Origin: a virus
Direction: 5' to 3' (one strand)
UHGV virus genome: UHGV-1369668
Length of the DNA stretch: 39,121 nt
The notes beneath the pieces were generated by a model. That model ran no database searches and was not told the origin of the DNA. It saw only the letters and a program-made list of their open reading frames with translations. The translations under genes were made by a program, and so were the position numbers. Below, piece after piece: positions 16,880 through 26,252 of this stretch. Positions within the stretch are counted from its first letter, which is position 1; each line of letters starts with the position of its first letter.

Positions 16880-17296
16880 TTACACTCCTAAATATTTGTT
16901 TAACTCAACTATCCCTTCATCAATCAGCATATTCAAATACCTCATTGCGTTTATCTGAACATTCATATCCCACTTGTTCTCAATGCTCTTTGCATCATAA
17001 AACTTATCAAAGCGATAATGGCACATGCCTTCCCTTGAAGTAAAATGATAATCTACTTTACCATTCTTCTTATTAAACCCAATCCAAAACTCATCTTCAT
17101 CACCATAGAAGCCACCACCATTTGAACCTTCCAAGTGACAATACCATTCACCGGTTTTCTTCATCGCTTCGTTATACCAGGTATGTTTTTTTAGTTTATC
17201 CCAATCTAATACTTTGAGTTTCATAATGTCCTTGGGATTAATGTTGTATTTGTTTGGAACGGCTTTAATTAACTTAAAATCTATATATTTATTCAT
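16880..17296 (-). CDS. Hypothetical protein (138 aa)
   Basis: Coupled ORF. No motif recognised. Confidence 0.4.
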   Translation of the reverse strand: MNKYIDFKLIKAVPNKYNINPKDIMKLKVLDWDKLKKHTWYNEAMKKTGEWYCHLEGSNGGGFYGDEDEFWIGFNKKNGKVDYHFTSREGMCHYRFDKFYDAKSIENKWDMNVQINAMRYLNMLIDEGIVELNKYLGV

Positions 17297-17308
17297 GTTT
17301 ACCTCGTC

Positions 17309-17548
17309 TTAACAATGCTTCTTTAATTCTTCTGCTACCGAATTAATAAACGTCATTATGCTTGAAAAAGCTATATTAGTGTTTGCATTGTTAGATTTAC
17401 AGTCCATAAGCCATTTTTCTTCAAATAAAACCTTTTCTCGAATATATTTTGCAAAATCGTCAATTCCTTTACAGTACATTTCTCGGGCAACTCCGTCGTG
17501 TATTTCTCTAATCATTTCGGTTAAGTTGGGATTGTTTTCATTTGTCAT
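17309..17548 (-). CDS. Hypothetical protein (79 aa)
   Basis: Coupled ORF. Confidence 0.35.
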   Translation of the reverse strand: MTNENNPNLTEMIREIHDGVAREMYCKGIDDFAKYIREKVLFEEKWLMDCKSNNANTNIAFSSIMTFINSVAEELKKHC

Positions 17549-17859
17549 ATATTTTGCTCCTTTAATAGTTTTGCTAAATCCATAAGTTTGTAATGTATAT
17601 CAGCTACCATATCTCTTGGTTGTGGGTTTCTATCTCTGTTATTTGAGTCATACACAATCTTTATTGCTTCCACTGCAAAATCGTCAATCGCCTTGGCATA
17701 TCCTTGTCTATATCCATGGTTATGTGCTTTTGACTTCATCTTTTCAAATGCTTCTTTTGAAATCGAATTTTCTTTACACTGCTTCAAAACATCTTCTATA
17801 TCAACACTTGCTAATACCCGACCTTGTGTATCGTTTTCTAAACATAATGTCAATCTCAT
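17545..17859 (-). CDS. Hypothetical protein (104 aa)
   Basis: Its ATGA overlaps the stop of the upstream gene. Confidence 0.4.
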   Translation of the reverse strand: MRLTLCLENDTQGRVLASVDIEDVLKQCKENSISKEAFEKMKSKAHNHGYRQGYAKAIDDFAVEAIKIVYDSNNRDRNPQPRDMVADIHYKLMDLAKLLKEQNI

Positions 17860-18146
17860 TTCTCCTGCTCCTTTAACTGTTCTAATCTCAAATGTAGAGT
17901 ATCAACCAAAATCTCATTATCTAAAGTTTGCAAGACAACACTTTTTGCATCATCAATAGCCTTGTTGTAAAATTCTTTATTTCTATTAATGCAGTATTTC
18001 TTTATCCAATCGCTTTGCTCTTTAGTGAAATGCTGTGGAATTGATAAATCCATTTCCTTGATTACTTTCAGTTCTTCTAACCAATTTGCAATTTGCTCGT
18101 TTGAAACCTCTCTTGCGTGTGCTATTGCTTCATCAATGCTTAACAT
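17856..18146 (-). CDS. Hypothetical protein (96 aa from ATG MLSIDEA)
   Basis: The C-terminus ...RLEQLKEQEK resembles the junction-element tails. The track start at 18155 is a GTG. Confidence 0.4.
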   Translation of the reverse strand: MLSIDEAIAHAREVSNEQIANWLEELKVIKEMDLSIPQHFTKEQSDWIKKYCINRNKEFYNKAIDDAKSVVLQTLDNEILVDTLHLRLEQLKEQEK

Positions 18147-18219
18147 ATCAATCACTCTCCATTTCCTTTAACTGTTCTGCAACTTTCTTTGAAGTTTCAA
18201 TTATATAATCAACAATTTA

Positions 18220-19066
18220 TTACCCTATAAAATCAGTAATACTCATTTGTGCATAAACAGGAAAATCAAGCATTTCATTCTTTGCCCTTGTATAGAAATT
18301 TCTATCGATTTCAAATCCAAATGCGCTTCTTCCAAGATTATGTGCTGCTCTTAATGTGCTACCTGAACCACAACATGGATCAATTACAACATCTCCTTCA
18401 TCTGTAAAAATATTAATTAACTGTTCTAATACTTTCACTGGCTTTTGTGCAGGGTGAATCTTTGGAATCTCTTTACCATCTTTTTCCCACTTGAACCAAT
18501 TGAATATCATGTGTCCTGTCCCCCTGATGTTTTTTCCTTCTTCATCAACCTGACAACCATTTCTAAATTTTGGAAGTCTATCTCGGTACAAAACAAGCGC
18601 ATATTCTGTTGCACCGACAATCCTCATATTTGCTTTCAAAACCTGCGGTGAATAATTCTTAATAAACACAAGCGGAATATAATTCACAAATCCATGTTTT
18701 TTTTGCTGCATCAATCAATGTTTGCATCTGTTCAAATGCACAAAATACAATCATGCATGGTGAATTGCTGCTTCTTCCTCTCTGTAATGGTTTGGTATCA
18801 TCTTTCTTTAGCATCTTGCTGCAGAAATGAAAATATTCATACAGATTAAAATTAAAATCTGAATTAAAAGCAGATTTTCCTGCAAGTTTGCTTTCTCCAT
18901 TTTTATTGTCACCACCTATATACCATGAAGGATTGCTTCCATAGAAATTCGTTCCTACATTATATGGAACATCTGCAATAATAAGCTGTGCAGGTGGTAT
19001 TGCATATTTCTTGTAATTCTGCATTGAATCACGATATATTTCACATTTGATTTTCTTTTGTTTCAT
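18220..19066 (-). pseudogene. Beta-class (CcrM/Hia5-like) N6-adenine or N4-cytosine DNA methyltransferase, frameshifted in an A8 homopolymer
   Basis: The upstream ORF has motif IV (IIADVPYN). The downstream ORF has HPAQKP and motif I (VIDPCCGSGST). The two overlap by about 56 nt. Removing one A from the A8 run at about 18697-18704 fuses them into a protein of roughly 281 aa. Confidence 0.75.
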
Positions 19067-19215
19067 CTTTCACCTCTCTAAATTCTTATCAAGCTTACAT
19101 TTCCTTTAACTTCTGCTCAGCTTCGGCTTGCGTGAGGAATATGGTTCAACTGATTAAACACACGCGTGCGTTTATCGTGCGTTTATCGTGCGTTTTTGTT
19201 CCCTTTGAAATTTCT

Positions 19216-19521
19216 TCAATGTTCTATCTCATAAAGGCTTAGTTGTTCACTCCAATCAATAGCCTGTCCGCAACCTGCACAAAATTTATTCAAGTATTCA
19301 TCCATTCCTACCCAACCGCCACAAATAGGACACGCAAAATATTCTTGAAGCAGTTTGTCTGTTGATTTCATCTCAACAGGCTTTTTCGGTATCTGCTTTT
19401 CAAGTGCTTCCATAACCATGTAGTTTTCTTCAACATCAAATCTATCCATAATTCCAAAGTTTTCTTTTTGTGCTTTTACTTTCTGTAATGCACTTTTTGT
19501 GATTTCAACTTCTCTTATCAT
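19216..19521 (-). CDS. Zinc-ribbon protein of the KQIPKKP...CPxC...CxxCGQ.IDWSE family, copy 2 (101 aa)
   Basis: ALEKQIPKKP...CPICGGW...CAGCGQAIDWSE. Confidence 0.5.
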   Translation of the reverse strand: MIREVEITKSALQKVKAQKENFGIMDRFDVEENYMVMEALEKQIPKKPVEMKSTDKLLQEYFACPICGGWVGMDEYLNKFCAGCGQAIDWSEQLSLYEIEH

Positions 19522-19545
19522 ATCTGTCCTTTCTCTGCTAAAGTC

Positions 19546-19797
19546 TTATTCACTCCAATCCAATTTTTGACCGCAAAATTCACAGTAACTGCTACCAGCA
19601 CAATACCAAGTTTCGTACTGGCTGTTATTACATACAGGACATACATTATATTTTGTAATCTTCTTCGGTATCTGCTTATCAATCGCCATTGCCGACAATT
19701 CCAACGCTTCTCTGTAATCTGCAATATTATCATTGTAATTTGCTTTGATAAGGTCTATTCTCTCGTTGATAAATTTTAATGCTTCACTCTCTGTCAT
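19546..19797 (-). CDS. Zinc-ribbon protein of the same family, copy 3 (83 aa)
   Basis: MTESEA...AIDKQIPKK...CPVCNN...CEFCGQKLDWSE. About 25 bp at each end of the gene is identical in DNA to copy 1. Confidence 0.5.
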   Translation of the reverse strand: MTESEALKFINERIDLIKANYNDNIADYREALELSAMAIDKQIPKKITKYNVCPVCNNSQYETWYCAGSSYCEFCGQKLDWSE

Positions 19798-19850
19798 TCT
19801 CCGGCACTCCTTTACTCATTGTATTTTTCTTTAACTGTTTTGCTATTTCG

Positions 19851-20132
19851 TCAATTTACCTCATCTATAAGTTTTATCAGTTCTTTCTTACAATCGTTCA
19901 TTATAGCTACTTCGCTTTCGTCGTCTGACATATAAAACGAATATGAATAATCATAATTTGCACTACTTACAAATCCGTCAAGAATTATGTTTACGGTAAC
20001 CAGCGGCAGCTTTCCAATATTGTCAATCGAAACATTGATATAATGACCTCTGCTCATAACTGCTTTTGCGTATTCTAAGATTTCCTGTACGTCCTTAATT
20101 CCCACATATTCAATCTCTATTGACTTTTTCAT
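19851..20132 (-). CDS. Hypothetical protein (93 aa)
   Basis: Coupled ORF. Confidence 0.35.
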   Translation of the reverse strand: MKKSIEIEYVGIKDVQEILEYAKAVMSRGHYINVSIDNIGKLPLVTVNIILDGFVSSANYDYSYSFYMSDDESEVAIMNDCKKELIKLIDEVN

Positions 20133-20138
20133 ATTGAT

Positions 20139-20516
20139 TTATCCTTTCTCTAATCTTTTATAAAGCTCATCCTTAAAATCCGATAATAATAATTCGATAT
20201 TATTTGTTATCGCTTCAGGCTCTCTTTTAGCACTGGCAATTAATCTTTTCGAAAATTTTTCAAGCTCTTTCACAACAATATCCTGCACCGTCACCAACTC
20301 GCATATATCCTTTGAGCAAGTTCCAGATATATGATGTACGCAAATCCTGCAGTAATATTTATCATCAATAGCATTACCCTTTAGCTCAAAATGTTTTTTA
20401 CAAGCATTATCGTATGAATATTTACACATCTTCGAATATTTACAACTGCCCTTTTCCTTGCCGCGTTTGCCTGATGCGAATACCTTAAAAAATGCACATT
20501 CACCGCAACTTGCCAT
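20139..20516 (-). CDS. Cys-rich protein (about 125 aa from MASCGEC)
   Basis: CGEC...SCKYSKMCKYSYDNACKKH...CRICVHH...CSKDIC: many Cys/His pairs. Confidence 0.4.
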   Translation of the reverse strand: MASCGECAFFKVFASGKRGKEKGSCKYSKMCKYSYDNACKKHFELKGNAIDDKYYCRICVHHISGTCSKDICELVTVQDIVVKELEKFSKRLIASAKREPEAITNNIELLLSDFKDELYKRLEKG

Positions 20517-20672
20517 TTTCAATCTCCTTCCTGGCGCGCCATGATATAACATGTATTTTCGAATTATTAAATTTAATTAGCTTGCTTATCCAACGATTCA
20601 GAAGGTATAAAAGCTTATTACACATAATCAATAATTTGATAATTGCGCTCATAATATTTACTCTCGTTTTCA

Positions 20673-20870
20673 TCACGGCTCCTTGTAATACTCACAATCC
20701 TCTGGTCTACACTCGCGCCTGAATCCGGTTGATAAAATATAGCCGCATCCATACTCTTTTTTATAATTAATTACTCGTGTCACGAACTTATACTTGCACT
20801 TGCTACATTTTTCAGCATCAATCTCTCTAATTTCATCATACGTATAATCTTTCCACCGTTTATGAAGCAT
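20673..20870 (-). CDS. Small Cys-rich protein (65 aa)
   Basis: CSKCKY...CGY...CRPEDCEY. Confidence 0.4.
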   Translation of the reverse strand: MLHKRWKDYTYDEIREIDAEKCSKCKYKFVTRVINYKKEYGCGYILSTGFRRECRPEDCEYYKEP

Positions 20871-20881
20871 ATCCTCACCGC

Positions 20882-21091
20882 CTAATCATCCATTAATCTG
20901 TCCCATACAGTGCGGTATTCCATTAAGATGCAGTTAACACACAAGTCTTCACCTTCAACCTCGTATAAATCTTCTGCATCAAACTCTTTTTTACATTTAT
21001 CACACGTACAGCTAATCACGTTTCTGTAAATACAACTGTCGCCTAAACATGGCAAACCGCATCCAACACAGCCATCTCCAAAAACAACCAT
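20882..21091 (-). CDS. Small Cys-rich protein (69 aa)
   Basis: GCVGCGLPCLGDSC...CTCDKCKKEF...CVNC. Confidence 0.4.
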   Translation of the reverse strand: MVVFGDGCVGCGLPCLGDSCIYRNVISCTCDKCKKEFDAEDLYEVEGEDLCVNCILMEYRTVWDRLMDD

Positions 21092-21108
21092 TTCTTATTC
21101 ACCTCGCT

Positions 21109-21459
21109 TTATTGGAATGGCAGCTCTTCCTGTGTTCCCTCGGGGATCTGAACGAAATCATTAGGTGCACTGCCACCAACTACATCAAAATCGTTAATCA
21201 TATAGCTGATATACGCCTTGTTCTGATACTCTTCTACTACGGGAAACGCATTATTAATCTTGATTATTGTTTTATCTGCAATCTCTGATTTTCTTGCTTT
21301 GGGAAAATTGCAATTGATTAATCCATTAACCCAATTATTGTTTTTGTCCTTGCTTGCAACCGATAAGCAATAACTCTTATAGCTATTTCCTGCTGCGCTT
21401 GTTTTATCAAACACCCTTACTTTTACATTTTTCTCATCAGTAACTAACTTTAGTCCCAT
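21109..21459 (-). CDS. Putative single-stranded DNA-binding protein (116 aa) with an acidic C-terminal tail
   Basis: Lies in the replication module. The terminal EELPFQ resembles the DDD(I/L)PF protein-interaction tail of SSB. Confidence 0.3.
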   Translation of the reverse strand: MGLKLVTDEKNVKVRVFDKTSAAGNSYKSYCLSVASKDKNNNWVNGLINCNFPKARKSEIADKTIIKINNAFPVVEEYQNKAYISYMINDFDVVGGSAPNDFVQIPEGTQEELPFQ

Positions 21460-21463
21460 ACTT

Positions 21464-22351
21464 TTATTCTCCTATTAATCCCATTTTTGATAAAAACTCT
21501 CGATTTTTATCGTTGGCCTGCTTTCGTCTTATGCTTTGCTCTGGAAAATGAATGACAACAGCGCACTTATTTATCCTGTCGATAACCCGGTCCGAGCACT
21601 TAAGCTCTTCAATGTCGAGGTTAGATGTAAAAATAGTCAATCTATTATTTACCATTCGCTCATCAATCAGTCTGTAAAGCTCTGTATCGTACCACTCCTT
21701 GGAAGGCTGAGCACCTATGTCATCAAGCACTAACAAATCGCATACTCTGTAAATATATGTCTTATCAACGGCACCCTTTTCAGCATCCATTTTCTCTTTA
21801 AGCAGATTGAAATAGTCCGGTGCAGTAATAAACCGCATTGAAATGTTATTACCAACCATTGCACTATTAGCTATGCAACATGCAAGAAATGTCTTTCCGC
21901 TTCCAGAGGTTTTGCTCCAAATATATAGTCCCCTGTTATCTTTTGCCCATTCTTTGTAGTTTCTAACAAAACTCGCAATATAAGAATGTATCTTGCGCAT
22001 ATAGTCTTCGTTGTCGTATATTTTCCAACGAAATTTTGAAATATCTGCATCACAGAAAAGTTTCGGAATACCTGTTATACATCTGGTCTCTCTTTCCGAT
22101 GTTTTGCATCTTGGACATTTTCTCGGGTACTCAATTTTGCGGTCATCACCATATACCATTTTGGAATAATCATCCGAGTACCAAACAGATATAAATCCCG
22201 TGCCGCCACATTCAGGGCACTTGTTGGAAATCGAGTCTTCCTGTTTGCTCTTTGAGTCCGGATCTATATTCACTGTCGATAAGAAGTCCTCTACCCTCTC
22301 TCTTAATTCGCTCATACTTATTTTCCTTGCTTTCGTTAAGATAGTTTTCAA
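21464..22351 (-). CDS. DnaC/IstB-like AAA+ helicase loader with an N-terminal zinc finger
   Basis: Walker A GSGKTFLA, Walker B LLVLDDIG and sensor TSN are present, plus an N-terminal CPECGG...CPRC finger. An alternative start at 22315 has a better RBS. Confidence 0.65.
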   Translation of the reverse strand: MKTILTKARKISMSELRERVEDFLSTVNIDPDSKSKQEDSISNKCPECGGTGFISVWYSDDYSKMVYGDDRKIEYPRKCPRCKTSERETRCITGIPKLFCDADISKFRWKIYDNEDYMRKIHSYIASFVRNYKEWAKDNRGLYIWSKTSGSGKTFLACCIANSAMVGNNISMRFITAPDYFNLLKEKMDAEKGAVDKTYIYRVCDLLVLDDIGAQPSKEWYDTELYRLIDERMVNNRLTIFTSNLDIEELKCSDRVIDRINKCAVVIHFPEQSIRRKQANDKNREFLSKMGLIGE

Positions 22352-23033
22352 AATTGCCTGGTCTAAATAATGTGCTAGGTCTGAGATATTTATTCATATC
22401 AGGATTGTCTTTCCAGTCGGATACTTTGCAATCAATGACTTTAACAAAATCTTCAAAACTATATCCATCTTCAAAACGTGCATTAATCATTTTTACTGTC
22501 GCATCAACACCCTGTTTGAAATTCTTATCAGCAGTTTTGTTTAGGTAATTTATTACTTCTGAAATATCTTTTTTCCGTTCCTGCTTCACATTATTATTTA
22601 TATTCTTATCATTCTTATCATTCTTTACATTTATTGTTTGTGTAACGTTGGGTGCACGCTCGCTGAACGATTGATGAACGTTTGTTGTATCAGAGGCTGT
22701 AACGACATCCTGAAAAACCCCATAATTTACAACGGTTAAGGTTGTACCATAGGGTGTACACTTTTGTGTCAGCATGTCGTCACGTTCGAGTAAAGTTAGA
22801 AATCGTTTTACCCTTGGTCTGCTCCACTTCCAACGCTCTGACAAACTAACAATACTTGTATGATATGAACCTCGGCTTACAGTAGTTAACTCTCCGCCGA
22901 TAACCATTTTTACATCCTTATGATTTGCTAATAACAATAAGTCAACCCAGGCTTGACCTTCTGAAAAAGGTCCTTTTTTCCATATCCAACAATCCTGTAG
23001 CTGCCTATGCAACTTTATATATCCTTGATTCAT
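22212..23033 (-). CDS. Phage replisome organiser / replication initiator (N-terminal Phage_rep_org_N-like domain)
   Basis: The N-terminus YIKLHRQLQDCWIWK...AWVDLLLLANHKD resembles the replisome-organiser N-domain. It lies upstream of the DnaC-like loader. Confidence 0.5.
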   Translation of the reverse strand: MNQGYIKLHRQLQDCWIWKKGPFSEGQAWVDLLLLANHKDVKMVIGGELTTVSRGSYHTSIVSLSERWKWSRPRVKRFLTLLERDDMLTQKCTPYGTTLTVVNYGVFQDVVTASDTTNVHQSFSERAPNVTQTINVKNDKNDKNINNNVKQERKKDISEVINYLNKTADKNFKQGVDATVKMINARFEDGYSFEDFVKVIDCKVSDWKDNPDMNKYLRPSTLFRPGNFENYLNESKENKYERIKREGRGLLIDSEYRSGLKEQTGRLDFQQVP

Positions 23034-23275
23034 TCAACAATCTTCACATCCTTTATACTCTTTGGCATTACGACATAATTAACTCTTCCACCCTTATCAA
23101 GCTCATACGAAAACTGTAGTCCGCCCTTCTGCGTAACGCCCAAAAATTTGCCAATATAAACAGCGTTATTTGCGATAAAAATATATGTGTTATTCACAAC
23201 AAGCTCGTTTTCATCGTCAATCATAACCTTTGTTATTGTTTCTCTTATTACTTTCATTAATTTCTCCTTTCCCAT
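23030..23275 (-). CDS. Hypothetical protein (81 aa)
   Basis: Coupled ORF. Confidence 0.35.
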   Translation of the reverse strand: MGKEKLMKVIRETITKVMIDDENELVVNNTYIFIANNAVYIGKFLGVTQKGGLQFSYELDKGGRVNYVVMPKSIKDVKIVE

Positions 23276-23472
23276 GAATAACGTGTATAATGCGTCTTCT
23301 TCCCATAACGAGTGGTTGTTAACTCGACTTTTTTATTAATTTTTGCTCCGTCCCTTATCATTTCACTGATTCGGGTTGCAAGCTTGGTTATTCCCAAATC
23401 GCTAAATGCTTCAATAGGACTAATACTTCCAAAATCATCAATATATTTACTAATCGCTTCTATCTGCGTCAT
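23257..23472 (-). CDS. Hypothetical protein (71 aa)
   Basis: Coupled ORF. Confidence 0.3.
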   Translation of the reverse strand: MTQIEAISKYIDDFGSISPIEAFSDLGITKLATRISEMIRDGAKINKKVELTTTRYGKKTHYTRYSWERRN

Positions 23473-23860
23473 TTAACACCTCGATTTCTACTCTTACAAA
23501 AACCTCGTCCGTATACACAAATTTATTTTTGCCGTACAAAAGATAACTAGGATTATCATCCTTAAGTGTTCCAGACTTGACTAATGCATCATTTATTAGC
23601 TTTCTTGCCGCCGCGACAACATTATCGTAATCTCGCCTGTTACCCTTAGATTTCTCGCCATAAACAATATTCAACTGACATAATCCGTTTGGTTTCCAAC
23701 CTCTTAAATCTCGCCTTATACAGCTGATAATTATTGTCTCCATTTCCTTTTTAAGGCGGTTATAGGCTATTGGATGTCGTTCTGCTTCTCTAAGAAGATC
23801 ATTAAGCCCCGGCAAACAATTGCTCTTATAATGAGCTCCATTTACTGTAAATATATTCAT
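23450..23860 (-). CDS. rusA: RusA-like Holliday-junction resolvase
   Basis: RRDYDNVVAAARKLINDALVKSGTLKDD matches the conserved RusA D-x-DN and K-x-I-x-D-A-L core. Confidence 0.6.
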   Translation of the reverse strand: MNIFTVNGAHYKSNCLPGLNDLLREAERHPIAYNRLKKEMETIIISCIRRDLRGWKPNGLCQLNIVYGEKSKGNRRDYDNVVAAARKLINDALVKSGTLKDDNPSYLLYGKNKFVYTDEVFVRVEIEVLNDADRSD

Positions 23861-24120
23861 ATATAGCTCCTTCCATATCGTTTTATGAAATCCTGTCTGC
23901 TATGCGTCTTCTCATAGACTAATTGCCCACATATTCTACTTAGCTTGCTAGCAGCAGTACTGCTATGTATTTCGTTATGGCATCTTATACATAGTGGTAT
24001 TACAAGTCCGTCCTCGTCAGCTAATTTTCTGAGTCCCCTGCCAAATACCAAATGATGCATATTATCACTAGGTCTATTGCAAACAGCACATAATTTCTCA
24101 TAATCAGTTATTGTTCCCAT
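23857..24120 (-). CDS. HNH endonuclease (about 88 aa from MGTITDY)
   Basis: CAVC...HHLVF...CIRCHNEIH. Confidence 0.55.
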   Translation of the reverse strand: MGTITDYEKLCAVCNRPSDNMHHLVFGRGLRKLADEDGLVIPLCIRCHNEIHSSTAASKLSRICGQLVYEKTHSRQDFIKRYGRSYI

Positions 24121-24917
24121 AACAAATCCTCTATTCCTATTGGTGCAGTTAGTTTTCTGGTCCTTACACAGTACGGACACGACTCACATCTAATTGGTTC
24201 GCTTTCTCCGTTCCGTATGGATAAATAACTATTCATATTCATCTCAATGTAATTAAGCGCATGGTCTAATATATTTTGAGGTATGTTTATAACAGCAATC
24301 TCTGGATTATCGCTCTTACTTACGGCCGCTATATAACAAGCAAGTTTTTCTCCGGTATTAATCTCAACTATTTTTTGATATAAAGCCAATTGTCCTGTAT
24401 AAAAATAAGCTTCTATAAAGGTTGCATATCCGTAATCCCGTATTTTCCACGCCCTATGTAAATCAGAGACTGTCTTAAAATCGGTAATAAATTTGTGCTC
24501 CATATATGAGTCCATTTTTATTTTCCAATTCGCACCCGCCCAATAACCTGTCATTATTTCCTGCTTTTTTCCTGACATTGCTTGCTGAAACAACTCATCT
24601 TCAAGGGTTCTTGATATCATTTTTTCAGCTTGCTTATAAGGGGCTTTTAATTCGCCCTTTTGAGTAAAAATCTCTGGATTACTCTTTTTGAAATCATCAA
24701 GTGTTCCCTCGTAAAAAGAATCGCAATAACTACCTACTAACATTGGTAAGGTTTTTTCTTCCTGCCACTCACCCTTGCGCATAGCAATATAACGTGCTTC
24801 ACATCCTCTGACTTCCATATATCCGATACAATTCAAAAAATCATGAAACGAACAGTATATATCATTAGCCTCTTTGCTATAATAGTTATCTTTTGTTAAA
24901 ACAAACTCGTCACTCAT
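24108..24917 (-). CDS. PD-(D/E)xK-type exonuclease (partner of RecT) with a C-terminal Cys cluster
   Basis: Lies immediately downstream of recT. The C-terminus contains CESCPYC. The call is by synteny and composition. Confidence 0.45.
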   Translation of the reverse strand: MSDEFVLTKDNYYSKEANDIYCSFHDFLNCIGYMEVRGCEARYIAMRKGEWQEEKTLPMLVGSYCDSFYEGTLDDFKKSNPEIFTQKGELKAPYKQAEKMISRTLEDELFQQAMSGKKQEIMTGYWAGANWKIKMDSYMEHKFITDFKTVSDLHRAWKIRDYGYATFIEAYFYTGQLALYQKIVEINTGEKLACYIAAVSKSDNPEIAVINIPQNILDHALNYIEMNMNSYLSIRNGESEPIRCESCPYCVRTRKLTAPIGIEDLLWEQ

Positions 24918-25695
24918 TAGCAGGTACCTCTGTTATACTTCCGTCTTCCTCAACAACTGTGTCGAATACGTTTACAACCGCATCAGATACAGGCTTATTA
25001 ACTCGGTTCTTGTCCAGATCGCTACTTTCATCCCATGCAAGCCTTGCCTCTACACTTTCAAAATCTATTTCAATGTATTTGCAAAGCCTTCTTAATACTG
25101 TTTTTATACACATTTGGTCAAAAGAGTTTTTCCAGGCTTTACCATTTGCCATTTTTGAATAGTTGGAGCGAACTGCGTTTATATCGCTTACCGACATTGC
25201 TTCATACTGCATTCCGCCGTCCTTATATGTAACTACTGCAAACGCACCTATAATATCTCCACCATTAAACGGCAAAGGCGAAAAATTAATTGATTGCTCT
25301 CCGTCAATAATCCTCTCTTCGAAGATGTCGCCTTCCCTAACTACTTTTGCATAGATATCTAATACCGGTCGGATAGAATACTTTTTTGCAATTTTTATTT
25401 CACCTCTATAACTGGTCTGAAACTCAATTGACTGTCCGTATGGTATTAAATAACACTCGTCAGCTAAAAAATCCAAGCCTAAATAAGCTCCTTTTACCAG
25501 ACCCTGAATAAGCATTTGCTGATTGATTTTTGCAAGCTCAGGCTTATCGTTTAGTACTGCAATTGCGTTCTGCACAAAGCGCGTTTTATTAAACTCCTTA
25601 GGCAGGGCAGTTTCAATAGACACAAGCTTATCCATAAGACAATCCGATAACTTTGCCTTGACTTCATTTTTCTCTTGTACAACTAACTCACTCAT
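24910..25695 (-). CDS. recT: RecT-family single-strand annealing protein
   Basis: CYLIPYGQSIEFQTSYRGEIKIAKKY matches the RecT signature (xPYG...YRG). Followed by an exonuclease gene. Confidence 0.6.
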   Translation of the reverse strand: MSELVVQEKNEVKAKLSDCLMDKLVSIETALPKEFNKTRFVQNAIAVLNDKPELAKINQQMLIQGLVKGAYLGLDFLADECYLIPYGQSIEFQTSYRGEIKIAKKYSIRPVLDIYAKVVREGDIFEERIIDGEQSINFSPLPFNGGDIIGAFAVVTYKDGGMQYEAMSVSDINAVRSNYSKMANGKAWKNSFDQMCIKTVLRRLCKYIEIDFESVEARLAWDESSDLDKNRVNKPVSDAVVNVFDTVVEEDGSITEVPANE

Positions 25696-25915
25696 TAAAT
25701 TTTCCTTTCTTTTTGATATCCGTAATATAAGGCGATAGCTCTGTATATAATGCGGTCATTTTATGAATTTCATTTGGACAACTTGTAACTGATATCTGTT
25801 TAGTAAAACCAAACCTATCCACAACTTTCATACGGCTTTCAATATATTCATCGCCGACCTGTCTAGTACACCCGCAATCCAGTACTTGCCGTTTACCTAC
25901 TCTTATAAATTCCAT
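25688..25915 (-). CDS. Small Cys-containing protein (75 aa)
   Basis: LDCGCTRQ...SCPNEIH. Confidence 0.35.
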   Translation of the reverse strand: MEFIRVGKRQVLDCGCTRQVGDEYIESRMKVVDRFGFTKQISVTSCPNEIHKMTALYTELSPYITDIKKKGKFNE

Positions 25916-26005
25916 ATTTACAATCCTCTTATTATTGGTTAAAATATAAATGTGCTCACTTGGTGAGTGCTTCGTTGTCGATCGGGTCGGTTTATTCCGA
26001 CCCTT

Positions 26006-26239
26006 TTAATGTTTTAATATCTCTTTGCAGTTTCTAAGCACTTCCTGAATCTCTATCAATGTCATCTGCTCACTACAGCAATTCAAAATATTAAAGATGT
26101 CGCTAAGCTGCTCCTTAACCCTTGTATCCCTGCGCTCGATTTCAGATAGAATCATATTTGTCGGCAGGTTCATTAGTACTACTCGCTTTTCGCTCAAAGA
26201 CATAGCTTTTGTCCTTGTAGCAATTTCATTTACTTCCAT
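26006..26239 (-). CDS. Hypothetical protein (about 77-92 aa; start uncertain)
   Basis: The track ORF 26006..26410 overlaps the upstream gene. The likely start is ATG MEVNEI at 26239, or an upstream TTG with RBS AAGGGGGGAG. Confidence 0.3.
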   Translation of the reverse strand: MEVNEIATRTKAMSLSEKRVVLMNLPTNMILSEIERRDTRVKEQLSDIFNILNCCSEQMTLIEIQEVLRNCKEILKH

Positions 26240-26252
26240 AGCAGATAAAATG

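Noticed and set aside
25925-26005. Hairpins GGGTCGG-TTTATTCC-GACCC and GTGCTCA-cttgg-TGAGTGC, considered as a small RNA or terminator
   Set aside because: The stems are short and imperfect. The T-run is on the plus strand whereas the surrounding genes are on the minus strand. Insufficient to call.
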